From the IMG/VR virus record IMGVR_UViG_2859564202_000001: a DNA stretch of 64,000 bases; one strand, 5' to 3'. This stretch comes from a virus (lineage: Duplodnaviria; Caudoviricetes). Shown piece after piece: positions 1 through 9,572 of the stretch. The notes beneath the pieces are model-generated. The model worked only from the letters and a program-made list of their open reading frames with translations, was not told the DNA's origin and did no database searches. Every line of letters begins with the position of its first letter. Positions within the stretch are counted from its first letter, which is position 1. The translations under genes and the position numbers were made by a program.

Positions 1-318
1 ATGCCCCATCCCCCTATGAATCGCACTCATTCAGCTGCTCGGGGTCGAACCACAATCACAGCACAAACAACTGCATTACATAATCACGTTTCCAGAACGA
101 CTATTAAACCTGTTGTTAATATTGAATTACAGGACGCGGATCTTCGCGCCTACTCACGTGCTGAAGTTCAGGAGCGACTCGGCGGCATTTGTTCACGCTC
201 GGTTGATCGACTCATCAACTCAGGCCAACTCAAAGCTGTGCCTGGTACCCGAGGTAAAGGGAAGCGGCCACTCATTACCGCCCGATCCCTTGCGCAATAC
301 ATCTACTCTGGGGGCTAG
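1..318 (+). CDS. Excisionase-like helix-turn-helix DNA-binding protein
   Basis: YSRAEVQERLGGICSRSVDRLINSGQLKAV...PLITARSLAQY fits the MerR/HTH_17 excisionase pattern. Confidence 0.65.
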   Translation: MPHPPMNRTHSAARGRTTITAQTTALHNHVSRTTIKPVVNIELQDADLRAYSRAEVQERLGGICSRSVDRLINSGQLKAVPGTRGKGKRPLITARSLAQYIYSGG

Positions 319-341
319 AGCGCGCCAAAGAAAACACAGAG

Positions 342-383
342 CAACCACCATTGCAGCAGTGCTGCAATGGTGGTTGTTTTTTT
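342..383 (+). terminator. Intrinsic terminator
   Basis: CAACCACCATTGCAGC-agt-GCTGCAATGGTGGTTG followed by a T-run. Confidence 0.8.
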
Positions 384-714
384 GGCACAGTCTCAGGCTG
401 TGTTCGATGAGTGCAACATCAGCAGCAATCCCATTCGAGCAGTCAATGACCACGGGGACGAGCCCCGAGGTTTTCTCGCACATTATTCATAAAAAAAATT
501 GCCAACCTGTGCTTAGATCAACCGCGAAAGAAAAGGAACACGGTAAAGCAACAGACTGGCAATCTTCCACACAGGTATTCGACGAGGGGTTTGGGGAACC
601 AAGGGAACGAACATCTGCGAGATACTTAAGCTTGGGACGACACTCCCTCACTAGAGAACCTGTTACTAGTGTAACAAAGTTAAAACCAATACTCAATAAG
701 ATTCTCTAGTTTAA

Positions 715-765
715 AATACCTAGTTCTTAGATGAAGTTTGAAACTTCATCTAAGAACTAGGTATT
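715..765. terminator. 25-bp-arm perfect inverted repeat just downstream of alpC
   Basis: AATACCTAGTTCTTAGATGAAGTTT-g-AAACTTCATCTAAGAACTAGGTATT. Confidence 0.65.
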
Positions 766-767
766 AA

Positions 768-2177
768 TTACTTGCGTGCTTTCGCTGCAATCGAGCGTGC
801 CGCAATCATAAGTCCTTCGCGATTGAGCTTGCGCGAATATGCTGAATCCAAATACAGCACCGGGAACGTATCTTCCGAACCCATCTCCGCTGCCTTAATC
901 AGCAACGCTTCATGCAGTCGATCACGCAGCGGGCCGGAACCACCGCCGTAGACAAAGGCTACTTCGGTAAGAGCACCCACGTCGCTCAACACTCGTGCGA
1001 ACTCTGCAGCCACATCCTGAACAAAGAACACTGCCTCCTGATCAACATGCTGTTCCACGCGGGTATAGAAATTCCGCTTGAGTGCACTCGGTGGTCGCTG
1101 CAAATAATCAGCCAACTGCTTACGCGAGTTAAAGTTGTGTGCCAACCCAGCATCGTCCATAGCCTGAATCGCCGACTCCAAGACGGTGCCATAACCCTTG
1201 TCATAGGCGCGTGAAGCATCATGATTAAACCGCCCATCCGTAAAGACTGGGAAATTCACAGTACCTTCACCCACATCCACACCGATTGTGTGGCGAGCTT
1301 GTAGCACATCACCTGCTGTCACGCCCTCTAGAGCAAGCCCTTTGGAGCGTACATCGGCGAGCATTCCGTTCATAAGTACTTCGCCACCTGCGGTAATGGC
1401 ATACTGTGCCGATGCGCCCTCGGCAATGACCTCGACACGCTCAAAGATGAGCTGCACCGTTGCTGGGGTTTCAAAGTTGTTAACCGTCACCACATGCACA
1501 GCCGGGTTCGCTGCCCCATCACCCATAAACTGTGCCTTATACCCATGACGGTGACCCACATATTCATTAATCGGTAACGCAAGTGCAAGATACGTATGCA
1601 CACGCAGCACACCGGGATCACCCTCAACAGCAACCTGTGGGATTCGACCATGTGCTGCCACAAAGTCTTTCACAGCCTTGGCCGCAAGTACTGCCATGAC
1701 CAGCACCTTGCTCAGTTCTTGTTCCGCCTTGGAGCGGTTACCCACCAGATCAAATTCCTCCAAGCTACCTCGTGCAGACAAGCTGCGCGTGCCACAAAGG
1801 TAACGATAATTACCTTTCACCATAGGCGAATTGAAATTGGTATCAATGTGGTTGAAGAAATCCGCACCGGTGACAGCAACAGCGGTGTCATCTGGTTCGG
1901 GAACTTCCGTTGGCCGGCTCATGCGCGTTGCTGCAGAGGGCATATCAATAACATCAACAGACGTGCCAGTCGTATCACCGGTTGCCTCGATAATGCCCTT
2001 GACATAACCGTTTCCAATATCGAGTCCAGCGGTATAGGTGTAGACACCGATATTCGAGCCTAAAGCAGATCCGTGCTGGCCTGTCTGTACTGCATCTGTC
2101 GCAGAGTAATTCTTCGTATTAATGGGCTTAAGTACTTTCTGTGTGGTCTTCTTCTGCACATTCACAGCGCTGGTCAT
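768..2177 (-). CDS. alpC: Actin-like ATPase (ParM/StbA family), AlpC
   Basis: Actin-fold motifs GLDIGNGYVK, AEG, GVDVGEGT and VYGGGS; paired with an adaptor gene. Confidence 0.9.
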   Translation of the reverse strand: MTSAVNVQKKTTQKVLKPINTKNYSATDAVQTGQHGSALGSNIGVYTYTAGLDIGNGYVKGIIEATGDTTGTSVDVIDMPSAATRMSRPTEVPEPDDTAVAVTGADFFNHIDTNFNSPMVKGNYRYLCGTRSLSARGSLEEFDLVGNRSKAEQELSKVLVMAVLAAKAVKDFVAAHGRIPQVAVEGDPGVLRVHTYLALALPINEYVGHRHGYKAQFMGDGAANPAVHVVTVNNFETPATVQLIFERVEVIAEGASAQYAITAGGEVLMNGMLADVRSKGLALEGVTAGDVLQARHTIGVDVGEGTVNFPVFTDGRFNHDASRAYDKGYGTVLESAIQAMDDAGLAHNFNSRKQLADYLQRPPSALKRNFYTRVEQHVDQEAVFFVQDVAAEFARVLSDVGALTEVAFVYGGGSGPLRDRLHEALLIKAAEMGSEDTFPVLYLDSAYSRKLNREGLMIAARSIAAKARK

Positions 2178-2219
2178 AATCTTCTTCCCTTAAAAAGTGT
2201 CGTTGTAACAAGGTATGAG

Positions 2220-2783
2220 CTAGCGACCGAACGCTTGGCCCATGACATCATCCATATCAAAGCCATCATCTGGCTCTGACTGTGCTGGTTGCGCCGACTT
2301 TTGTTCTGGTTTTTGCTCCGGCTTCTGTGCCGGCTGTGGTGCTACCTGCTGCTTGGGTACTTTGGCCTCAACAACTGACTCCTCAACCGGCTGACTCTCC
2401 GCCTCGGCAACAAACTCATTTACCTGATCAGGTGCACGGGTTGTGGTCGATGGCGGTGCTATCTGCTGCGGTGCCTTCTTGCGTGTAGTCACAGCGTCTA
2501 CGTCAGCAACCCCGGCCGCGAGCTGAGCAAAAAGATCACTACCCTCAGCCCCTGCCTGCAGGCTTTCCACCAGCTTGAGGCCAATAACGGTAGCAACCTC
2601 TACATCACCGTATTCAGCGACAAACAAATAGATCAGCTGTCGCATCGCAAGCGAGATGCCACGAGCACCCTGTGTTTCCAAAAACCGCTCAACGATAGCG
2701 TCTGTTTCTGGGAAGCGCATACGCACATTACGCCACGGGGCATCGTCCTCTGATACATGTGTCGTGTCCTGTTTTTGAGCCAT
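2220..2783 (-). CDS. alpA: DNA-binding partition adaptor AlpA
   Basis: Directly upstream of alpC on the same strand; RHH-like N-terminus and disordered Pro/Gln tail; start taken at MAQKQ. Confidence 0.75.
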   Translation of the reverse strand: MAQKQDTTHVSEDDAPWRNVRMRFPETDAIVERFLETQGARGISLAMRQLIYLFVAEYGDVEVATVIGLKLVESLQAGAEGSDLFAQLAAGVADVDAVTTRKKAPQQIAPPSTTTRAPDQVNEFVAEAESQPVEESVVEAKVPKQQVAPQPAQKPEQKPEQKSAQPAQSEPDDGFDMDDVMGQAFGR

Positions 2784-2879
2784 GTGTGACCCCCATTTCG
2801 TACATTGTGTCGGGAAGTTTCTCTTCAATAACTGCATTGTTTATGACTAACGTTATTGACTAATTTAATAGTAACATAG

Positions 2880-3155
2880 AAGTGTCTTTTAAAAGACAAT
2901 TAAAAAGCAATTAACGTACTTTTAAAAGGCACTTATGTGTCAATTAATAATTAACCCGTAAAAAACAATTAATCGTTTCTTAAAGGGCTTTTAAACAACC
3001 ACTAACAGCACAATCCCCTATGTACCGATAATCGACCGTTATCTGCCTTTTAAGGCACTTTTAACAAGCCCTTAAAACACGCCTAACGTGCACTTAAGCA
3101 GGCAGGTAATAAACCCCTAGCGGTCGATTAAATAACTATTTAATAGTTAACTAAT
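2880..3155. repeat. 11-bp-period degenerate TTAA array upstream of alpAC (alpS/centromere-like)
   Basis: Consecutive units from 2886: CTTTTAAAAGA CAATTAAAAAG CAATTAACGTA CTTTTAAAAGG CACTTATGTGT CAATTAATAAT. Confidence 0.75.
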
Positions 3156-3172
3156 GGAGCCCCACCATGACA

Positions 3173-3480
3173 TCAACCTTTAATCTCCACCGCATTATTG
3201 AGTGCGATGCTGTAACCATCACCCCGAAAATGGCGCGCTCGAACATCGAGCTCGCTAGAAGAGGCGGCCTTACCTGCGACGGTGGAGCCGTAGCTATAAC
3301 CAATCACAACTTTTCTTTGGTCTGGGTTGCGGGACTGTAGGGCTGTTTGAAACTTCTGAAGATCTTTCGCAGCGTGATTGGCCACTGCACCTGATACCGC
3401 AGTGGAGATAGAATTTGGTGCTTGATAACCCAACCACAGTACTGTTGCGGAATTGGTGGAAGTGGAAACCGTGCGGGCGC
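3173..3480 (-). pseudogene. Alpha/beta hydrolase fragment
   Basis: WLGYQAP and VIGYSYGSTVAG (GxSxG) present, but both ends are missing. Confidence 0.6.
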
Positions 3481-3684
3481 GATCAGCGTGAAAAGGCAAA
3501 TTTACGCCACAAGTTGGCCTAAAGGTAACACTCGCACGGGTACGCGGGCGCGCGCATAGGTATGCAGGAGACAAAAAGAAACCCCGCGACTGAGAGTTAG
3601 ATCAGTCGCGGGGTTTCCCGAATATAAACAATGAAGTTGCCGCTATGTCCGAACGGCAGGACGCAATATCAAAGCCGGGAAGAG

Positions 3685-4254
3685 CTACAGCTCCACTCCC
3701 ATCGTGTAAACAACAGGGCCACCCGGAACCTCTGATCGATGGGAGACCTTGAAGCCATGACGCTCGTACAACGAAACATTGCTTTCAGCTGACGTCTCAA
3801 GCGATACCCGTCGATGATCAGACTCTGAAACACGCAGCAATGCTTCTTTGATGAGTGCAGAACCCAAGCCCCGCCCGGCAGATTCAGGTCGCACGCCAAG
3901 AGTCGCAAAATCCCAAGACGTATCGAGCCTTGGCGGAAGCACCAGACCGAATACCTCCTGGACACGATCGCCCATAATCTCAGCTATCTCAAGCTGAACA
4001 CTTTCAGAAGGCTCAGGTGCATTAGGAGGAAGTAACGCAGCCACACCATCGCGATTTGGTGTTATCAAAATCATGCCGTGCTGTAAAGCATGAGAGAGAT
4101 AGATCGATTGAAGCCTCAACAATCGCGAGTCGTAATCCGCCTCGGGAAGGCACCATCTAGTCCAAGGATAGGAAACAAAGGCTACGGCTAGGGTCGCAGC
4201 AGCCTCATCGATGTCGGCCTCCGTAGCCGACTGAACAACGTAATTCACAAGCAA
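3685..4254 (-). CDS. GNAT family N-acetyltransferase
   Basis: LGVRPESAGRGLGSAL motif A; NVSLYERHGF. Confidence 0.9.
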   Translation of the reverse strand: MLVNYVVQSATEADIDEAAATLAVAFVSYPWTRWCLPEADYDSRLLRLQSIYLSHALQHGMILITPNRDGVAALLPPNAPEPSESVQLEIAEIMGDRVQEVFGLVLPPRLDTSWDFATLGVRPESAGRGLGSALIKEALLRVSESDHRRVSLETSAESNVSLYERHGFKVSHRSEVPGGPVVYTMGVEL

Positions 4255-4592
4255 ACACTACCACAGCGACTCTAGGAACTCGGGATCTTTCTGCAGGAAG
4301 CAGCAGGTAGCGGACTCGTCGCGCGGAACTGCGAAGCAGGACGCAACGCCTAGAAGAAGAATGGCAGCAGCTCTTGTCGGAAGCCTTCAGACAGCACGTG
4401 TGGCTACGGACTGTGTGGCTCGCGAATCCACAAGGAGAAGCAAAGGAGTGTTTTTACTTTAACAAAAGGTTGAGGGGTATTTTTTATGCTTTAATCAACC
4501 ACAGATGTACAAGCCTTGCTGTGTATATTGTTCTGCTGTACTCAACCCCCACTTATTCACCGATATTTTTCCAGAAGAGGGCACACTACCCT

Positions 4593-5462
4593 ATGACTAC
4601 ACCGCAACCCAGCAAACCTGCGCCATGGTCGCTTGCCTATAAGTATCAAGCCATCAGCAATGATGATTTTGACAACCATATGGATGACCTCAGCAGTCGC
4701 CAAGACCATGAAGCCTACGGCACGTACAACCCCGATAACGGTGTCATGCCCGATCATGTCATCGTGCCTTCACCCTATGAACCATATGATGATGCTGCGC
4801 CGATTGATCCTTTCGACTACGACGAAGATCTTCTCGATGAGATTAAAGAAGAGCGCGCTGCACAAGCGGCTGACGCACAAGTAACAGAAACAACTAAAGC
4901 TGACGCAGACGTTGCAGAGCTCGCAGCCGCTATTGACGAACAGAACCGCACCCACAAAGAGCAGTTCCCTACGGCAGATCGCAAGGAACTATTCGCCTGG
5001 TTGGATAAGCGTCGCCCAGAATTAAGCGACGATTTCATCAAAGCTTTTGATGATTTCCTTCATTCTTTTGCGTGCCTGGACAAAACAACGATCACCCTAT
5101 TGGCGCAATCACCGGTGCGCACATCCACTGGCTATACAGGTACTTTTATCGGCATCCCCAATAATGAACCACTGTCCGAAGAGCCCACCCCCACCATTTA
5201 CATTGTGCACGATAATCACACAGGGATAATCCACAGTTACCCCGCACGAATGATTAATCTTAAATCTGAGCTCGGTTCCGCTGAGATGATTCACGAGGCA
5301 ATCTGGGGGTCACCCCATCAACAGCAGTTAATCTCATGGTATGAGACTTACTACACCAACATCTACTATGGTTTTAACCCACCCACTGAACCACATAAGA
5401 GTCTTGAGATTTTTGCTCAAGACTTCTGTCTGACCCCACCAGAGAAACCTCCTTTTTTCTAA
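4593..5462 (+). CDS. Hypothetical protein with acidic N-terminal half
   Basis: Long ORF with AGAGG RBS before ATG 4593; hairpin follows at about 5490-5520. Confidence 0.7.
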   Translation: MTTPQPSKPAPWSLAYKYQAISNDDFDNHMDDLSSRQDHEAYGTYNPDNGVMPDHVIVPSPYEPYDDAAPIDPFDYDEDLLDEIKEERAAQAADAQVTETTKADADVAELAAAIDEQNRTHKEQFPTADRKELFAWLDKRRPELSDDFIKAFDDFLHSFACLDKTTITLLAQSPVRTSTGYTGTFIGIPNNEPLSEEPTPTIYIVHDNHTGIIHSYPARMINLKSELGSAEMIHEAIWGSPHQQQLISWYETYYTNIYYGFNPPTEPHKSLEIFAQDFCLTPPEKPPFF

Positions 5463-5559
5463 GGCAAGGCCCGTGGCACACATACACAACAACCCCTAGA
5501 GAATATCTCTAGGGGTTGTGTTCCGACTTTAATCAGTCATGGTCGTTGCTCTATGACCT

Positions 5560-8142
5560 TTAGTCAATAGTACCTTCGGCATCTGCACCGGTCTCTGCAC
5601 CGGCCTCAGCATCATCTGGGAATCCAAGATCATCACCTGGGACCGTGATGCAGTCATTGCCGGTACCAGGGTTGCCGCCACCGCCAAAGGTTGTCGAAAT
5701 ACCAGTGTCCTTTTCGCCGATCCACCAGTTTCCGTTCTCACCGATGTGCGGGGTGAGACCATCCTTACCGTCAGTTCCGTTAGTACCGTTGGTGCCATCT
5801 CGTCCATGTGGAATGGTCACAGTGGAATGGTCACTGAATCGAATAGTGGTGAAACCAGGAGTCTCTTCAGTACCTATAACAGTGAGGCCCGATGCATTCG
5901 GTAGAGAATATGCCATTGGTGAACCTGTAGCGTAGAACACAACAGCACTATGTGGTGGAAGGGTGTAATCATATTCTTCACCATTGATCGTTGCAGTAAT
6001 GGTCTTGGGTTCATCACTAGTGTTGAAGACCACATCAGTGACACCCGCTACCGCCTCACCAACGGGGGTCGGGCTTGCAGAGACACCTGTATCGGTATCA
6101 CCGATCCACCAGTTACCGTTGTCGCCAATGTGTGGTGTGAGGCCATCCTCACCAGGTGTTCCAGTGCCACCCTGAGCTGGGATACCAGTATCCTTTTCAC
6201 CGATGTACCAGTTACCGTTGTCACCAATAACAGTGTGCGGGATTTCATATTCAAATTGATCAAGAATGATGATGGTGGCCTGGCCACCACCTGGATAACT
6301 CGATTCTCGGATCTCAATGTCCACATTACCGGAACCCTCGCCCGGAGCGCCCGTGTCACCAGTGTCACCCTTATCGCCCTTTGGACCCTGCGCCTTGACA
6401 CCGGTATTTTCACCATTGATGTACCAGTAGCCATTAATGATCTCAACGGTGTTAGCACCGTTGGTTCCATTTTCACCGTCTTGTCCATCGGCTCCGTTGG
6501 TGCCATTTTCACCAACTGCCTTGACACCGGTATTTTCACCATTGATGTACCAGTAGCCATTAATGATCTCAACGGTGTTAGCACCATCGGCTCCGTTGGC
6601 GCCATCCTGACCACGAGCAGGAACGCCGGTATCAACGATGCCGATCCACCAATTACCATTATCACCGATGCGTGGGGTGTCACCGTCTTTACCGTCATTG
6701 CCACGTGCAGCAGTACAGGTGTTGTTCTCACCGATCCACCAGTTACCATCTGGGCCGATGTACGGGGTCAGTCCGTCCTTACCGTCTTCGCCGGTATCTC
6801 CCTTGTCGCCCTTCTCACCCTTGTTGATGGTGATTTCAGTGCCGTTCGAGAACACCACAACAGTGTTGCCGTCCGCATCGAAACGGGTTTCGATGACCGT
6901 AATGGACTCGCCATCTGCGCCATTACTTCCATCTTCACCATCGGCGCCAGCGTCACCCTTATCACCCTTATTAATGGTAATAACAGTGCCATCGGAGAGC
7001 TCAACAAGAGTGTTGCCTTCAGCATCGTTGCTGGTGTTAACAACAGTAATTGATTCACCATCTGCGCCGTCTTCGCCATCGGCGCCAGCGTCACCCTTGT
7101 CGCCCTTCTCACCCTTGTTGATGGTCACATTGGAGCCATCGGAGAATTCGACAACAGTGTTGCCGTCCGCATCAACATAAGAGTTCTCCACAGTGATGCT
7201 GACTCCATCAGCACCGTCAGAGCCGTCAGCACCGTCCTTACCATCGGTACCCTTCTTTACAATGATCGTGGAACCATCGGAAAGCTCAACAACGGTGTCT
7301 CCATCATCGTTGATGTAGGTATCAGTTACGGTAAGGTCCTTACCGTCTTCGCCGTCCTTGCCGTCTTCTCCATCTTTACCGTCTTCACCCTTGTCGATAA
7401 CAATGGTGGAACCGTCAGAGAACTCAACAACAGTATTACCTTCATCGTCGCGGTAAGTATTAACAATGGTGATAGCAGCGCCGTCTTTACCATTGGTGAT
7501 GGTGATTTCAGAACCATCGGAAAAGACAACAATGGTATTGCCGTCATCATCAGTCTTAATCTCAGTAATGGTGATCGAGGTACCATCTTGACCATCAACA
7601 CCATTTTCACCATCAGTGCCACTGGAGCCACCCGCGAAGTCGAAGCCTTCCAGCCAGCAGTAGTCAACCAGTGCGATCAGGCCGGCAGTACCAGCAACAG
7701 CGCCGATAGCAGGGCCTGCAGTCTGGCCCACCTGTGCCGCCAGGTCATTCCATCCAGCCATGGTTCGTGCTGCTTCAGTGAGATCAATACCCTGCACAGC
7801 GTTCTGCTGTGGGCCGTGCACGCCGTTACCGAGGCCAATGTTGAGCGATTCAAGAGAGTTGTTGAACTGATTGCTGAGATCCTGCCCAATGCGCTGTGCG
7901 TCAGACTGAATCTGGGACACCATATGCTGGAATTCTGGCTGCTGAGACAGCAGACCAACACCCACTGCTGCGCCTGCAACAAGCGGTGCAGCAGCACAAA
8001 TGGCATCACGGGTGGAATCGGAGTTGGTAGTGTCATCCGCAACATCCTGTGCAGATGCCGCAGGAACAATAGACAGACCCAGACCAGCAACAGTCAGCGC
8101 GGTAATAGAACGCGCAGAATTCTTCTTCAAATTAAGAGACAA
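5560..8142 (-). CDS. Secreted collagen-like repeat surface protein
   Basis: Signal peptide (ASA-Q), GxD triplets, repeated DxxGNTVVxFSDG modules and TPxIGxNGNWWIG repeats. Confidence 0.85.
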   Translation of the reverse strand: MSLNLKKNSARSITALTVAGLGLSIVPAASAQDVADDTTNSDSTRDAICAAAPLVAGAAVGVGLLSQQPEFQHMVSQIQSDAQRIGQDLSNQFNNSLESLNIGLGNGVHGPQQNAVQGIDLTEAARTMAGWNDLAAQVGQTAGPAIGAVAGTAGLIALVDYCWLEGFDFAGGSSGTDGENGVDGQDGTSITITEIKTDDDGNTIVVFSDGSEITITNGKDGAAITIVNTYRDDEGNTVVEFSDGSTIVIDKGEDGKDGEDGKDGEDGKDLTVTDTYINDDGDTVVELSDGSTIIVKKGTDGKDGADGSDGADGVSITVENSYVDADGNTVVEFSDGSNVTINKGEKGDKGDAGADGEDGADGESITVVNTSNDAEGNTLVELSDGTVITINKGDKGDAGADGEDGSNGADGESITVIETRFDADGNTVVVFSNGTEITINKGEKGDKGDTGEDGKDGLTPYIGPDGNWWIGENNTCTAARGNDGKDGDTPRIGDNGNWWIGIVDTGVPARGQDGANGADGANTVEIINGYWYINGENTGVKAVGENGTNGADGQDGENGTNGANTVEIINGYWYINGENTGVKAQGPKGDKGDTGDTGAPGEGSGNVDIEIRESSYPGGGQATIIILDQFEYEIPHTVIGDNGNWYIGEKDTGIPAQGGTGTPGEDGLTPHIGDNGNWWIGDTDTGVSASPTPVGEAVAGVTDVVFNTSDEPKTITATINGEEYDYTLPPHSAVVFYATGSPMAYSLPNASGLTVIGTEETPGFTTIRFSDHSTVTIPHGRDGTNGTNGTDGKDGLTPHIGENGNWWIGEKDTGISTTFGGGGNPGTGNDCITVPGDDLGFPDDAEAGAETGADAEGTID

Positions 8143-8397
8143 GGTGAAACGCCTTTCATAAAAGGTAATAACATGCTGTAACTAGTTAAAAGATGAAAAC
8201 TTAATTATTATTTCCCATAAAGTAATTAATGACTTTTAAACTACTTTTAAAGATATACGTTATAGATAACTATATGCAACTAAACTATTATTTACTTATT
8301 AACTTCTTACATGTCCCCAGAAAACTAAAAAACCTTTAAGAAAATTTCTTAAAGGTTTTTCTTCATGCTGCTGTATTAATCCAGCATTACACTGGCG

Positions 8398-9513
8398 TTA
8401 ACCTGCGTTAACAAGCTCAGGGTCTTCTTCTACTTCGAGATCTGCATCAGTTTCAGTGTCGATCACACTATCGTCGTCACCATCAACCTTTTCACTCTGT
8501 TCAGATGATCCAAGCCCAGAAGAGCCAGTTGGCTTTTCTGCCGCCACGTCACCATCTGCGTTGTCATCGGCATCAATGTCGCCACAGAAATCATCAGCGA
8601 GCACCGACAGCACAGCAAGGCCGGTAGCACCAGAGATCAACAACCCTGCATCAATATCCTTGGTCGCGTTGTAGAGCCACTGATCAAACTGGGGGTTGAG
8701 GCTTGGAAGATTGAACTGTGCACGCACATCTTCAACAACACGTGGGATCGCCGGTGCCACAGCGTTAGCAATAGCACCTGCAGCAGGAATTGCTGCCAGC
8801 AGCAACATCTTCGGGTTCAGCAGACACTGTGCCAGCTCATCGGTGGCACCCTTAGCTGGCGCTGGGATAGTGACCTCAGAACCATCGGAGAACACAATGG
8901 TAATGGAACCATCGTCATTGGCAATCTGATCGACAATGGTCGCGTTAGCGCCGTTCTCACCATCCTTGCCATTTTCACCATCAGCACCATCCTGGCCGTC
9001 TGAGCCATCGTTGCCGTCCTTACCGTTAGCAACAACAAGCACAGAGCCATCAGAGAACGTAATGACGATATTGCCGTTGGCGTCAGTCGCAGTAGACACC
9101 ACAGTAGCGTCCTCGCCATCCTTGCCATCTTCACCATCCACACCGTCCTTAGCTGCAGGAATGGTGACGACGGTGCCATCAGAGAAGGTGAGCTTGACAT
9201 CACCATTGGACTCCGTAGCGACATCAACAATGGTTGCGTCCTTGCCGATCACACCATCTTGGCCATCGGTACCATCCTTGCCATCAACACCCGCCTTGAG
9301 GGTGACAAAAGTGCCGTCGGTGAAGTGGAAGGTGATGTCACCAGTCACTGGATCAACAACGGTGCGATCAAGGTTGACAACGTGAATCGGGGTACCAGCA
9401 CCTACCTGCTGAGCCGTAGCTGGTGCCGCACCAACAGCAGCAACACCAGAGACACCGACTGCAACAGCGACAGCAATGGATGCAAGACGACGAGAATTAA
9501 GCTTCAAAGACAT
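8398..9513 (-). CDS. Secreted collagen-like repeat protein with C-terminal Cys-flanked hydrophobic domain
   Basis: Signal peptide, GxDGxDG repeats, FSDG modules. Confidence 0.85.
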   Translation of the reverse strand: MSLKLNSRRLASIAVAVAVGVSGVAAVGAAPATAQQVGAGTPIHVVNLDRTVVDPVTGDITFHFTDGTFVTLKAGVDGKDGTDGQDGVIGKDATIVDVATESNGDVKLTFSDGTVVTIPAAKDGVDGEDGKDGEDATVVSTATDANGNIVITFSDGSVLVVANGKDGNDGSDGQDGADGENGKDGENGANATIVDQIANDDGSITIVFSDGSEVTIPAPAKGATDELAQCLLNPKMLLLAAIPAAGAIANAVAPAIPRVVEDVRAQFNLPSLNPQFDQWLYNATKDIDAGLLISGATGLAVLSVLADDFCGDIDADDNADGDVAAEKPTGSSGLGSSEQSEKVDGDDDSVIDTETDADLEVEEDPELVNAG

Positions 9514-9572
9514 GTGAATATTCCTTATCTATATAAAGGTGAGAAAAAAACTCAAAACAGGGAGTGAAAAAA

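Noticed and set aside
385-710. Attachment site between the excisionase-like gene and alpC
   Set aside because: No tRNA fragment or recognisable core repeat is visible within this window.
5645-9385. Long + strand ORFs opposite the collagen-like genes
   Set aside because: Antisense shadows of repetitive coding sequence.
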